A stretch of DNA of 64,000 nt from the human T2T-CHM13v2.0 reference genome, Homo sapiens. A model generated the notes under the pieces. That model was given only the letters and a program-made list of their open reading frames with translations, did no database searches and was not told the origin of the DNA. This document shows, piece by piece, positions 18,481 through 31,379 of this stretch (its first letter is position 1; each line of letters begins with the position of its first letter). The stretch lies in the NCBI RefSeq assembly GCF_009914755.1, contig NC_060928.1. One strand, written 5' to 3'. The translations under genes were made by a program, and so were the position numbers.

Positions 18481-18822
18481 AAGGGTGCCTTGCCCTGGTC
18501 TAATCCAGGACATAGCCGTGGATACGTCCAAAAATCCCCAGAACCTAGTGAGCCCTCTGGCTCTGGGAGCCCCTATCTCAGGAATTTTCAGGGTCATTTG
18601 TGACTTTTCATTTCTTAAAACCTGAAATAGACTCTCTTAGAAACAAGTGACTCCTTCCCAGTGGCCAAAACTTAATCATCAGAGCGCTTCCTTCAGTTCC
18701 TCACCCATCAGCCAGTGGGCTCTCCAAAGTTAACCAACAGCTCCCTCTTGTGGTTCACTAAAAAACTTGGTTATTCCATGGAGTTGTGCAAAGCTATGGC
18801 TTCCTTGGTGCAATATTCTTAA

Positions 18823-19182
<360 letters not shown>

Positions 19183-22149
19183 TGATTTTGTGACGTGTGT
19201 ATAGTAAATGCAGGCCCTCTGGCAGCACCATAATTGGTCGGTTACCCTGAGCCCAGAGCTCTGAAAGCATCTGTGGAATGATCACGGGACCCTTCTCCTC
19301 TGAGAAGGCTCCCGGCTGCCTCCCCGCCACCGAGCTTGTAGCCTGAATGCCTGGCTGTCGCATGGAGCATTTTGCTTCTGGGGTGTCTTCCTTAGCCAAA
19401 GGGAACGTGTCATTTGCTCGACCCTGGCCCACCCTTGCCGCCCAGCTGTTGTGCTGGGCACAGTCTGGGGCACAGGCCTCCATGATGAAGACGCGTGGGC
19501 TGTCGGTGCTTTCATCCGTCACAAACTGGCACCTGTACCTGCCAGCAGGAGCATGATGGGGACTTCCATGCTGGAATTGCTCCCTGATTAAAATGAGATA
19601 TGGCTATTTGGAAGACACTGCATTTTAGCCAGTGTACCTGGGCACAGACTCGGGGCTGCCCTGAAGCTGATGAAGGCTTGAAGGACGGAAGGGCTGAGCC
19701 ACATGAAGGCAGCACTCAGGGCCAGGGGAGAGAGAAGAGGATCAGCAGTGCAGCCCCAGGATGCCTCGCAGGTACCCTGCCTCCATTTTGGTTACCATCC
19801 CCACTTATTATGGGCTGTGGGCTGTTATGGTGATGGATGGATGTGGATTTGGAAGGGGACCATGAGAGATGATGTATTATGATGAACTCATGATTTAATT
19901 CTTTGGTGAAAATAGCACCCTCTGACCTGTACTTGAGACCGCAGGATGAAGCCAGCACGGTTTTTTGTACTCCCCCAGGGTGAGTGCACTCTCCCAGGAC
20001 CCTCCTGGCCAACCAGGGGTCACGTTCTGCACCACATTCCTTCTGAGGCCCTGGCCAGGGCGGTGCTGATCTTGCTGTTGCCACAGAAGCCTCTCCTGCC
20101 CCTGCCATCCGCCCATCACATGTTCTCCAACGCAAATCTGCCTGGCCTTATGGGCGGCGTTCCCTGGCTCTTAGGAGAAAAAGCCAGATCTTTACCATGG
20201 ACCATGAGGCTCAGAGAGGTCTAGGCTGAGCCCACCCCTGCGGCCTAGCAGATGCCCTTCCCCTTCACTCTGCACCTGGTCCCTGTCTTCTCTCATGGCC
20301 TCACATGGGCCACACCCCTGCCCCCCACTGGGCCTTTGCTCATGATGTGCATTCTTTCTGGAAGACCCCTGCCCCCCTCCCCAGCCCTCTGCCCAGTGGC
20401 TCCTAGCCACTCCTCACATGGAGTCAGGACTCACATCTCCAGAGATCCCCCTCTGCCCCCAACCCTGAACAACATCAGGGCCCCCCTTAGATTCTAGGTC
20501 CTGTGTTCTTTGCTGCTGGGACTGGGGTGAGGTCGGTGGGGGAGCATATAAATAACCTTCCTTTATTTCTTGTCCAAGTTCATCACTATACACAGAGGTG
20601 TACAGTGAGACCCACATAAACAATCCCACTAAACCCAACTCAACTGGCCCTTACCCAGATCCTCCAAATGTCCCAGGCCTCCCTAGTGTCACCTGATATG
20701 CAGTGGCATCAGCAGGAAAGGGAACAGTGGTCTTAAGGATTGCAGCTAAAAGATCTGACTGTGGCATTGTAAACTGTAAGGAATGTGTCAGTGAACCCGT
20801 GGCTAAGCCCACTCCCGGGTCTCGGTGGGGTCTGTGCACAGGTGGCAGAAGTGTGAGCTCCATGAGCTTTACAGTGAATCAGCTGTGGGGCACAGAGGGC
20901 AAGCTTTTCCTCCACCCTACGAAGGCTCCTTGAGAAACAATTGACCAAAGGCAGACCAATAGGAAAAAGAAAAGCATTCCAACGTAACGTGCATGGCATG
21001 GGGAATTGCAGGAGAGTGATGACCCCACAAACCAGTGAGGTCCAGGTGCTTCCACACCCTCATAGGGAGACGGGAAATGGGGGAAATGTGGCCGTTTAGA
21101 GGGTAAAGCGTGATTTATAGGGGGAACGAATCGATCCAGAGGCAGGCACTGTCTTGGGAGTGATCCTTCCCAGACTGGCCAATCAGGTATTTCTCCTCCT
21201 CCCCAGAGAAGAATAAAAGAGAGAGGGAGAGGGGCCAGGGAAGTCCCTTGTGCTGTCCCCCAGAGAGTGGAAGCCCCTCCCTCTATGGAAACCAGAGGAG
21301 TGGGAGATGGGATTATTCTCCCCTAAATGTTTCCTCTATAGCCCTTAACAGAGTGTGCAGTTCGGTGCTTTGAGTAATCATTTGATTCGCACCTGACGTC
21401 CCCCCTGGAATGTACACCATTGACCGGCCACATGCCACCTGGCATATAACAGGCATTCATGGTCACCTGGTGGAAGGAAGGGAGGGAGGCCTGGGAATAT
21501 TCCTTTCCTCCTGTGGCAACTGGTTTGGAAGGAAGGGAGGGAGGAACGCTGAGTATATACTTTCCTCCTGTGGTGTATGGATTGGAAAGGAAGGAGGGAG
21601 GGAGGGAGGCCAGGAATACTATTTTCCCCCCATGGCTTATAGATTTGGCTGTGTGTCAGCATTACCCAGGGGCTCATTAAAAACAACATTCTTAGCCCCA
21701 TCCCAGAGATTCTGAGTCAGCAGATTGGACAGGAGGCCTGGGGATCTGTTTTTTCCCCACTGGGCTCCCGCTGATGGACTTGGTCCACTTCCTGATGCAC
21801 CTCCTGCCCACCGACATAGCCTGCAGTCCAGCCGCTGGACTTAGTCTGAGGTGAGCTCTTCATCCGCCTTGTTCTGGCTGTGGTGGCCATGAACATGTAC
21901 CTCTTGGGTCCCCAACGGCAAGGAGCAAAAACGACCAACATCCTTGGGATTTCCTGCCGTGCTCAGAAATCCTTCCCTGCGTGAGCATGGAGGCCACACT
22001 TCCTGCAGGGTGCTCCCAGTGCCTGCAAGAGGCAGGGATGTGGAGGCCTCCTTAGCCCACATGACAGGGCTCCTCCAGAGGACAGCCTGGGCCCCAGGAC
22101 TTCTTGCTCTACCTGCTGAGATGTAGAACTGTGCAGCACCAGAGTCTTG

Positions 22150-22335
22150 CCTCCCTCCCTCCTTTCTACCCTCTCTTCACTCCCTTCCTCCCCTCCCTCC
22201 CTTCTTTCCTTACCCCCTCTGTCCTCCTTTTCTCCCTCCCTCCTTCCCCTCTCTCCCTTCCCTCCCTCCTTCCCCTCTCTCCCTTCCCTCCCTCCCTTCC
22301 CTTCTCCCCTCTCTCCCCTCCCTCTCTCCCTCCAT
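22150..22335 (+). repeat. CT-rich polypyrimidine low-complexity tract
   Basis: About 185 bp of CCCT/CTTC/CTCT units. Confidence 0.9.
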
Positions 22336-23597
22336 CATGGGGCTGTCAGCTGCATCGCAAATCTGTGGGCTCTGCCTCCTCTGGCTCTCTCCTCATTTTG
22401 CCTCACAGATATGTCCCCCAGTACACATCTTGCCCACATCTAATCCTGGCTCAGTGTCTGCGTCTCAGAGGACGTGGACCAAGGCACTTGCCGTCTCAGG
22501 CTTAGTTGACCCTTCAACCTCCTGAGAACTCTGGGCCCAGGCAACCCTAGAGAACTGACTCCTGTCCATGTTCTCCTTTCTCTGGAAACCACTTAGCTGC
22601 CTCCGTCATGCTCTGGGCAAAGGCAGGGCAGGTTGGGAGAAGGAATCAGTGAGGCTGAGGCCCCAGCCTAAAGGTCACAGGGCCGCCTGGCCCAGGAGAA
22701 ATCCCCTGCACCAGGCATTTGCCCACATGGCTACAAGTGAACGTTGGGATACGGAGTGTTCTTTTTTGCTATGAAACTGGAGTCATGGAGGTCCTGGTCG
22801 ACATTCTTCCTTCCAAATACAGTGGCCTGGATGGGGGAGGGCAGTGGCTATAGAGGCTTCCTGCACCGTGTCGGGGCTCTTGTCCATTGCAAGCTGGGAC
22901 CCCAAGCTACCCACGTGGTGTTTGGCTCCCGTCTGATAGGGAAAGACTTTGAAGTCCACATCCAGGCATAATGGATAGCCAGGCTGCCTAAGTGGTTTGA
23001 TAGATCTCCCAGAAAATTCCCAGATGGACTCTGGACGCACAGCCATGCCACAGCTTTCCTCCTCTTGGGAACAGACTACCAGTGAGAGGCTTTACTCTGA
23101 AGCCAGGTGCACCAGGGCCCCTGTGTCTTTTCCTCTAAAATCTCTGCAGGTCTGCACTAAGAGAAAAATAGAAAGTTCAACTTGCTAAGAGCCCCTTTTG
23201 CTTAGGAAACTTCTTTTCATGGTTTTTCACTTCATAAATGGACTTGATTGGAATGAACCTTTAGGCAAATGACACTGTCAATGGGCATCACGGCCACACT
23301 CTGCCTTGGAAAGAGTAACACAGAGGAGGGTTACGCACTTACGTCAGAAGAGTAGCTCTGTTGAGTCTATAGAGATTTGGCCCCAGGATAAGGGTAGCAC
23401 CTTCTCTTGTCCACTGTCTATGATCAAGGTGGCCAGACCAACCCTGGGGGCTAGAACATGGTAGACCCTACTGGTGACATCTGAAAATGGTTTGGCTTTA
23501 CGTAGATGAAGGAAAAGTATGTGCAAAGACCTTGCCCATTCTGTCTCACTTTTTAAGAGTCAATATGCAATCTGGAGGCAAAGATAGACAAACCAAC

Positions 23598-23947
23598 TGA
23601 TGTGGTTTGGCTGTGTCCCCACCCAAATCTCATCTTGAATTGTAGCTCCCATAATTCCGTGATGTGGGAGGGACCTGGTGGGAGATAATTGAATCATGGG
23701 GGCAGTTTCCCCCCATACTGTTCTTGTGGTAGTGAATAAGTCTCAAGAGGTCTGATGGTTTAGAAGGGGAAACCATTTTCACTTGGTTCTCATTCTCTCT
23801 CTTGCCTGCCATCATGAAGACGTGCCTTCTGCCATGATTGTGAAGTTCTAGCCACGTGGAACTGTGAGTCCATTAAACCTCTTTTTCTTTATAAATTACC
23901 CAGTCTTGGGTATGTCTTTATCAGCAGAGTGAGAACAGACTAATACA
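23598..23947 (+). mobile_element. THE1-family MaLR solo LTR
   Basis: TGATGTGGTTTGGCTGTGTCCCCACCCAAATCTCATCTTGAATTG...ATTAAACCTCTTT...CAGACTAATACA; perfect 5-bp TSD CCAAC. Confidence 0.92.
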
Positions 23948-24036
23948 CCAACAAATGCAGAGGGGCCAGAACCACCCCTTCCTGGGACATCAGAGCCAAC
24001 AGTTAAGTGGTCTGGATTCCAAACTCATTTACTTAA

Positions 24037-24476
24037 TGTCGATAGGTTGAAATTGGCCATGGCAAGAGACTTATGTTGAAACTTAATACCCAATGTGGCA
24101 GTACTGAAAGGTGGGGCCTGTTAGAGGTGATTGGGTCATGAGGGCTCTCCCTTCATGAATGGATTAATTCATTCATAGATTAATGTATCAGTGAGTCAGT
24201 GGATTAATGGGTTATCATGGGAGCGGGACCAGCAGCTTTATAAGCAGAGGAAGCGAGACCTGAGCCAATACACTCAGCCCCCTCACCATGTGATGCCCTG
24301 CACTGCCTTAGGACTCTGCAGAGTCCCCACCAGCAAGAAGGCTCTCACCAAATGCACCAGCACCACCCCAACCTTGGACTTCTCAGTCTCAAAGTCTGTA
24401 AGAAATGAATTCCTTTTCTTTATAAATTACCCCATCTCAGGTATTCAGTTACAGTGATGCCAAATGGACTAAGACA
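24037..24476 (+). mobile_element. MST-family MaLR LTR
   Basis: TATGTTGAAACTTAATACCCAATGTGGCAG...GGTCATGAGGGCTCTCCC...AAATGGACTAAGACA, followed by GAAAATCGGTA (resembles the start of the internal sequence). Confidence 0.75.
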
Positions 24477-25849
24477 GAAAATCGGTAACAGAAGTGGGGT
24501 CCACAGAACTAGCAAACACTACAAACAAGGGCTTTCTACCCCACCCACCTTCACCCATTGTTCAACATTGATTTGGCAGCACACTTCTGGACCACTGAAT
24601 CAGAAGGGTCAATCACCTGACTTACAACAAAGGCCCCACTGCATCTTAATGGGGGAAAGAATAGTCTTTGCAATAAATGGTGTTGGGTCAATGGGAGATC
24701 ATATGGGAAATGGAGAACCTTCAGTCCTACCTTATATTGTACATAAAGATTATTGAGAGATGGCTCAGAGACCTAAATGTGAAAGATAAAACTTCTAGAA
24801 AAAACCCAGAAGACTACTGTGGTAGGCAGAATAACGCTCCCCGTCCCTGCCAACAAGATGACCACATCCTAATCCCTGGGCCTGTGAGTATGTTATGTCA
24901 CATGGCTGGGAGAATTGGGTTGCAGATGAATGAATGAGAATAGCCTTCCCCTAAAACTTTCTGAGAAACTCTCTCTCCCTCCTCCCAAAATCTCAAGAGG
25001 TAAAAGGAAGTCACATGCCTTAAAAGGAGTGTTGCAGCTCAGTCTCCAAGAACTAAGGATTATCTGAGCTACCAGGTCTCCTGTCCCCTGTAACTGTGCC
25101 TCTTGGAGGCGCTGGGGAACCCAAAGTTCGACATGGGCTCTAGATTATGCTGGTTGGACAGTGGCTCCCATGACCTGGGAGTCAGGCAAGCACCCCGTCA
25201 GAGTCTGTCTTAGAGAAGGTGCTAGGGCTGCTTCTGCTTCCACTTCCACCCTGACAGGACTGAGGAGGCCAGGCCCAGAGAACAGGCTGGATAACTTCAT
25301 CCTGCCAACTTTACTTTTCTGGAAGTTTCCCTTTAATAGTCCAAATGGGCCAAAGCCGAACATCAAAAATCCTTACCATCCGTTCTTGGTCTTTCCATCC
25401 AAAAATCCTTACCATCCATTCTTGGTCTTTCTCAGTAGTTAGTTAACCTTGTTTCAAGGAAGTCTATAACTGACCCTGAGCCAACACTTCTTTCAACCTT
25501 GACGATGGTATCCACACGAAGCCGAGGAGCGGGGGAGGAGAAGGGTACATGAAAAGCCCTGCGTTGATGTGGGACCAGAGCATCCAAAGCCATCTGCCTC
25601 AAATGCCCTTGGAGCTCAGTAATTAGGAGCAAGGAGCTTTGGACTAGGGCCCAAAGTGCCTGGGTCCTGGATTCAAATCCTGGTTCCATCACTTCCTAAG
25701 TGTGTGATCCTAAACAAGTTATTGATCTCACTCTGAGTCAGTTTCCTCATCTGTACAATGGGGATAATAATCCCTACCTCATAGAGCACCTGGCATATAG
25801 CAACTGCTATACAGCTATCAGCCCATGTATTTGTTGTCATTACCAGCAA

Positions 25850-25955
25850 CTTCATCACTATCACCAACACCACCATCATCATCACCACTATCGTCACCAT
25901 CATCACCATCACCACCATCATTACTGTCACCACCATCATTGTCATCACTATTACT
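25850..25955 (+). repeat. (CAT/CAC)n simple repeat next to a MIR fragment
   Basis: CATCACCACTATCGTCACCATCATCACC...; MIR core CTGAGTCAGTTTCCTCATCTGTACAATGGGGATAATAAT at ~25733-25771. Confidence 0.85.
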
Positions 25956-26384
25956 AACAACAGCTAATGGAAGCAAGCAACTTTGCCTGCTGTTTTTATC
26001 CGTCCTTTAGTGTATCTCTAGCTCATGGAAATGGAAGGAAGAAATGTGAAGTTTAGGAGATTGGAGCTTCCAGTCTGAGGCTGATCCATACAATACAAGA
26101 AGAAAGAGAGCCAGGAAAGGCCCAACAGGAGGGAATCAATGCAAGATTTGAGCCTATTTTGTGGAAGCCCGCCCATCAGCCGTCTTCCCTCTCTTCGCCT
26201 CCTTGGGTCTCAGGAACTCAGCCTTCAGAAGTCATGAACTGAATCTCTCCTCCCACCCCCACATCCACCAGTCTCTACCAAGAGTGAGTCCTCAGGAAGC
26301 AGCCACCACCATTCGTTATCACGCGGGGGGACTGCCAAGCATTCGTACCCAATCCAGACACCACCACTGAAATGAAAGTGCCCT

Positions 26385-27368
26385 AGTCAGGTCAGTGGGC
26401 AGTTCATTTTCTTTATTTTTTCACAAGCTTTGAATTCAGAAATAAGAGCCACAACAAGTTGGTTGTTAAGTAAAAATGGGAGTGATTACAAAGGAAAACT
26501 TTGTACAAAACTTTAAAAATCTGACTGCCCCGTCAACTGCCTCAGAGGGACCAGGACTCAGGCCACGCAGGGGCAGCCATCAGCCCCCCATCGTCAGCCC
26601 CGAATGGGGATGGGGAGACCTCTTTCTGAGTGTGAACCTGGCTCGGCCTGAAGCCTAGAGCTGGCTTGAAGAACACACACAGACCAGAAGACAGCACGGT
26701 GAGTTACAAGTGCCACGGAGACCAGGGTTTCTGACACAGGATGTGGAGGATGCTTCTCTGCAACCTAGTGCAAGGCTTCCCCTGCCATTCCGAGAATTCA
26801 CGGATCTCACAGGTGGAGGTGGGGCGAGCTTCTTTCTAGTGTGGACCAGAGGTGGGGGCAATGAGTAAACATCTTCACTGTAAGGGTTTTGGGACTGCCC
26901 CTCAGGGCTTGAGGTCTCGGCATCGTGTCTCAGTCAGTCCTTGGCGATGTCCCCTCAGACGCACTCACAGACTTGCATACGTAATTTAGTAACATGCATC
27001 AACTATCCTAGAACATCTACAGGGTGCAAAGGAACCACCACTCAGAGAATCATGGAGCCAGTGGAGTTAGAAGTGGAAGGGACAGAACAAGACAATGCTA
27101 AAACCTGTGGTTCACTAGGAAGGGGGAATGAAAACACCATGCTCCGAGGTGGATTCAGCATGAACACAACTGTGGGGCAAGGAATTTCCAAGCAAACACA
27201 CCACACTAGTACCACTTCTTCCTAAACAGAAAAGGGAAAGAGCATCCTTCGACTTCCCCCTCCCTCCATCAGCACCAACTAAAACTGTGGGTTTCAAAAA
27301 CACTGACAGGAAAAGGGATGGACATGATTCCCAGAATCCTTCAGGCTAGCTCCTCCGCGCATCCACGT
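26385..27368 (-). other. CRMP1: CRMP1 3' UTR (3' end approximate)
   Basis: Lies between the TGA stop and the minus-strand AATAAA with its GU-rich downstream element. Confidence 0.8.
26412..26417 (-). terminator. CRMP1: CRMP1 polyadenylation signal AATAAA
   Basis: TTTATT on the + strand. A UGUA element lies ~90 nt upstream (~26503-26506) and GU-rich CAGUGGUGGUGUCUGG lies downstream (~26354-26369) on the minus strand. Confidence 0.8.
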
Positions 27369-27460
27369 TCAACCGAGGCTGGTGATGTTGGAGCGGCCAC
27401 CAGGGGGCGCCACGATGCGGTGGCCGGTGCGCCTGGGATTGTTGTCATCTATCTGGGCAC
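27369..27460 (-). CDS. CRMP1: CRMP1 (collapsin response mediator protein 1, DPYSL1) exon 14 coding part, 92 bp
   Basis: tctttcag|GTGCCC...CTCGGTTGA; encodes (G)[29 protein letters not shown]. Confidence 0.97.
27394..27412 (+). promoter_or_regulatory. Predicted CTCF binding site inside the CRMP1 last coding exon
   Basis: CGGCCACCAGGGGGCGCCA versus consensus TGGCCACCAGGGGGCGCTA (17/19, core intact). Confidence 0.7.
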
Positions 27461-28279
27461 CTGAAAGAGAGCGCCAATCGCTGCTGGATGGGATCTGTTA
27501 GCATCAGTTCCACGCTGCTCCTGGAGGCCATGTACTCTGCCATGCACTCCACTGGACCCACCTTCATTCAGGGCTCAGTCCAGGACCAGCCATGGGAAGC
27601 CTCCCTGGCCTCCACAGAGTCCACTGCTCCCTCTTCTGTGCCCCTCAGTCCCTGGGCTCCCCCCACCTTCAGCCCTGACCACCTTGTGGTGTTCTTGTCA
27701 AAATCCCCAGTAAAATCCGACATTCCTGAGACAGGTGATCAAACACTTACTGAGTGCCTACTGTGTGCAGGCGCACATTTGGTGCTTTAACATGTTACTG
27801 CATTTAGGGCACACAATCATACTATGAAGGGGGTGTTTGTACTCCCAACTTACGGGTGAGCAATTTGAGGTTCAGGCCACGTGTCTTGCGGGACACAGGT
27901 GTTGGGTGGGGAAGCCAGGATTGAAGCCCAAACTGGTTGGTTTTCAAAGCCCATGATCTTAGGCACACTGTCCCACACTCCAAAGGTATTTTACATATTG
28001 TGTGTGTACACATTTGTATATGCATGTGCATATGTGTGTGCATGTGCATGTGAACTCCGCAAGCTGGATTTACTTCCCTCATTGGCGATAGGTGGATCTG
28101 AAGGGGGGGGGGGTGGTGTGCAGAGGTTCTTAATTTTAATCTTTCAAAACCAACCATCCATTCTACTTTTACCTATTCTCTTGCATAAAGATGTAAAATT
28201 CTAGCAGCAAACCCAGTGCCTGGAGCTCAACAAATATTTATTAAATGAGTAAATCATGAAGGGTGGATAATGCTGAAAG

Positions 28280-28701
28280 GTGGGAAGGATAGAGTCCTTA
28301 TCAGGGAGGGGAAGTTGAGCCGGCGGAACTGAGGAAAATCAAAAAGAGAAAGCAAATAAGCTGTAAGTCTGCCTTTCTTCATGGTCTACAACACAGCCTT
28401 CCTGTACTCAACTTATCACCAGATCCTCAGCTAACAGAAAAACGTAAGTAAGTTAGCTCACTGCAACCACAGCATTATCAGTACTGCACAAAGCCCTCTT
28501 CGGCACACAGCACAAGCACCATCCTATAAAATCTCCAGCAAGCCTTTGTTTCCTTGCAGTCGGCTCCTTTCTTGCTGACCTACCCACTGTACCCTTTCAT
28601 ACTTTTTCTAATACATCTGACTTTCTTTACCGACAACTGTCTTGGTGAATTTTTTTTACTAGCTGCAGAACACTGGCCCCAGGTAGTTGTCACCTGCAAC
28701 A
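28280..28701 (+). mobile_element. ERV-type solo LTR (subfamily unassigned)
   Basis: TATA box CCTATAAAATC at ~28523, AATACA poly(A)-like signal, ends ...CACCTGCAACA. Confidence 0.55.
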
Positions 28702-29064
28702 GGAAGGAGACTCAAGTTTCAGTGCTAATCATGCCTTGAATTTGGGCAATTTGGAGTAAGACACCACCCCACTCCCTTGGCCTCATTTCCTTTTCTGCAC
28801 AATAAGAACAGTAGACTAGATGAGCCCCTTCCAACTCCAACATTACATGATTTGTCTATGTAAGCCACTAAGAATTTGGTTCACAGTAGTGACTTTTCTT
28901 TTCTCCCATTGTTTCACTGGTAGACAATATGTCTTCTTGCAATACAAGTCTCCCCTAAAGGCCTGGAATCAGGCCTAGCACTTAGTAACTTTTTCCTTAC
29001 AACCATCTGTACCTTGCTGGTTGCATGTCTGTACTTTGAAAATACCTGCTGGAAAAAAGGACAC

Positions 29065-29464
29065 TAATATGGTTTGGACTTTTGTCCCCCAAAACTTCGT
29101 GTTGAAATTTGATCCCAAAGTTGGAGGTGGGGCCTAATGGGAGGGGTTTGGGTCATGAAGGACAGACCACTCATGAATGGCTTGGTGTCAGCCTTACAGT
29201 AATGAGTAAATTCTTGCTCTATTAGCTCTCGGAAGAACTGGTTGTTAAAGAGCACCTCTGCCTTCTTCCTCTGTTGCCATGTGATCTCTGCACACGCTAG
29301 CTCTCCTTCGCCTTCTGCCATGCTGGAAGTAGCCTGAGGCCCTCACCAGAAGCAGACGCTGGCACCGTGCTGCTTGTACAGCCTGCAGAGCCGTGAGCCA
29401 AGTAAACCTCTTTAATTACCCAGCCTCAGGTAATCCTTTATAGCAATGTAAATGGACGAAAACA
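29065..29464 (+). mobile_element. MST-family MaLR solo LTR
   Basis: TAATATGGTTTGGAC...GTTGAAATTTGATCCC...AATGGACGAAAACA; 5-bp TSD GACAC. Confidence 0.85.
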
Positions 29465-30157
29465 GACACTAACTCATGGTACAGCTCTATAACGTAACAT
29501 ACGCAGATATTAAAAAGGGCATCTGTGAGGTTGTTATGATGTTGGAAAGCATCTGTGTTGTTGGTACCAAATGAAGTCACCTATCAACCTGCCAAGAGGC
29601 TGGCTGACAGCAGTGGTGCTGTGGGCCTCAGGAGGACTAAGAGTGAAACTGAGAGAACAAGGGTGAGGAGGGGCCCTTCCAGGTGGCTTTTAACTTCATT
29701 GTTATTCTTGTTCTAAGAACAACGGGGAGGAGGATTTTCTGTCCATGTTTAATTGCAATTGTGCAGTGTTTAATTGCATAACTCCAGAACAGTGGTCCAG
29801 TTTGCAAACTCCTTGAGAGCTTGTGTCTTGTTGCACCCAGATAGCTTTTTCCCAGGATGAAGCCAATCCCTGGTTTGCTGATTGAGCATCACATGACTTT
29901 TAGCATTCTATTTAGGGTCCATTTTGTGCAAAAATATGAAACACTGGAAGCTCTTCCATCAAAGTCTTATGGAGAGTGAGATGAATGGGGAGGCCTCCTT
30001 GATTCATGCCTCCTCGGCATAATCACTGAATCAGACACTTCCTGAATGGATAAGAGGTTCTGCCACCACACAATCTGAATTCACACGTCATCCTCTCTCT
30101 CTCTCTCTCTTTGCCCCTTCCACTCTCTCTTTTGCTAAGCATATCGCCTTTCCTGAC

Positions 30158-30350
30158 CAGGAATTAGCAAACGGGTCCATTGACCAAATCCGGCCCACCG
30201 CCTGTTTCTGTACGATCCATGACCTGAGAATAGTTTGTACATTTTCAAATGGCTATTGAATATAACATCCTAGATGTTGACATCCTAGATGTTGCCTCTT
30301 AGCTTACAAAGCCTAAAGTATTTACTATCCGGCCTTCTAAGAAAAAAAAT
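30158..30350 (+). mobile_element. MER58-like hAT fragment
   Basis: CAAATCCGGCCCACCGCCTGTTTCTGTA...GCCTAAAGTATTTACTATCCGGCC. Confidence 0.65.
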
Positions 30351-31102
30351 CACCATACTCTTAGTACCCAGCACGGTGTGCAACCCATGCAACGCCTCAA
30401 AGAGTTTGCAGGACAAAATTCCAGTTCAACTTTCTCAACGTGTGCGTGCCTGCCCTCATGTGGCCATCTCACCAAATCACAGATACACTGCCCTGAGACC
30501 TTAAGAAAGTCAGGAGGGATCAGGTCAACATCTAATTTTGTTCCCACACATTTGTTGAGCACCAAGTCCTGGTATTTTGACACTGGATTTCTTGGGGCTT
30601 CCGTTTCCTCTTTAAATAAATAGGGTATAATGTTACTTTATGGAGTAGTGAGGATAAAATAAAATCATGGGTTATGAAAGTGCTTAGTACACTGCAGTGG
30701 GTGAACAGGCTAAAGACTTACACAGAGCACATGCCCTGCAAATGGCAGCTACTCCCATCTCTTGTTCATCCCCACCACTCCATGTTTACTTTCATGAGGA
30801 AGAGTGTGAAAGTGTCCCCAAATGTGTGTAAGGATGAGCACTGGGACAATTTTGGTACCTCTCTTTGTAAACCCACATCAGGTACCACCATGTTGCCCCC
30901 CTAACATGGACCCCCCTCTGCTTGGTGACCATGCCAGCCCACTCTGCCCCACCAGTGAGAGCAGGCTCGGGTGGGGCACACTCCCTTCCCTGCTTCTTCA
31001 TCTAGTGTCCAAGGCCACGTGTCCATTTCCTCAGAAGCAGCAGGAAGGACTCGGCCTGAACTGCTGCAATTGTGGGGAGCCTGGGCCACCACTCTTTCCT
31101 AC

Positions 31103-31268
31103 CTGATAAGCTGAAGTTGGACTGGTGGAGGTTTCTGATGGGTGGGGGCTGGTGTTTAGAAGGCGAAGATTTGGCTGAAGGAGCGGGAGTTGCATATTTG
31201 GGTGTAGCTGGTACCTCGTACACAGGACCGTCATACATGCCCCTGGAAACCCCTTGCAATCCAAAAAC
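31103..31268 (-). CDS. CRMP1: CRMP1 exon 13, 166 bp
   Basis: tgtttag|GTTTTT...TATCAG|gtagga; encodes [55 protein letters not shown](G), the proline-directed (Cdk5) phosphorylation tail. Confidence 0.97.
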
Positions 31269-31379
31269 CTAAACAGAGGAAGGGAGAGTGTGATTGATCG
31301 ACACTGTGCATGTGTGCCCTTCTGGGCAGATAAAGCAGAGCCCTGCGGGCGAGAGAGAAACCTGAGGTCACTTCAAATG

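Noticed and set aside
26941-27225. 94-aa plus-strand ORF antisense to the CRMP1 3' UTR
   Set aside because: No homology recognised; it would matter only if EVC read-through transcripts are shown.
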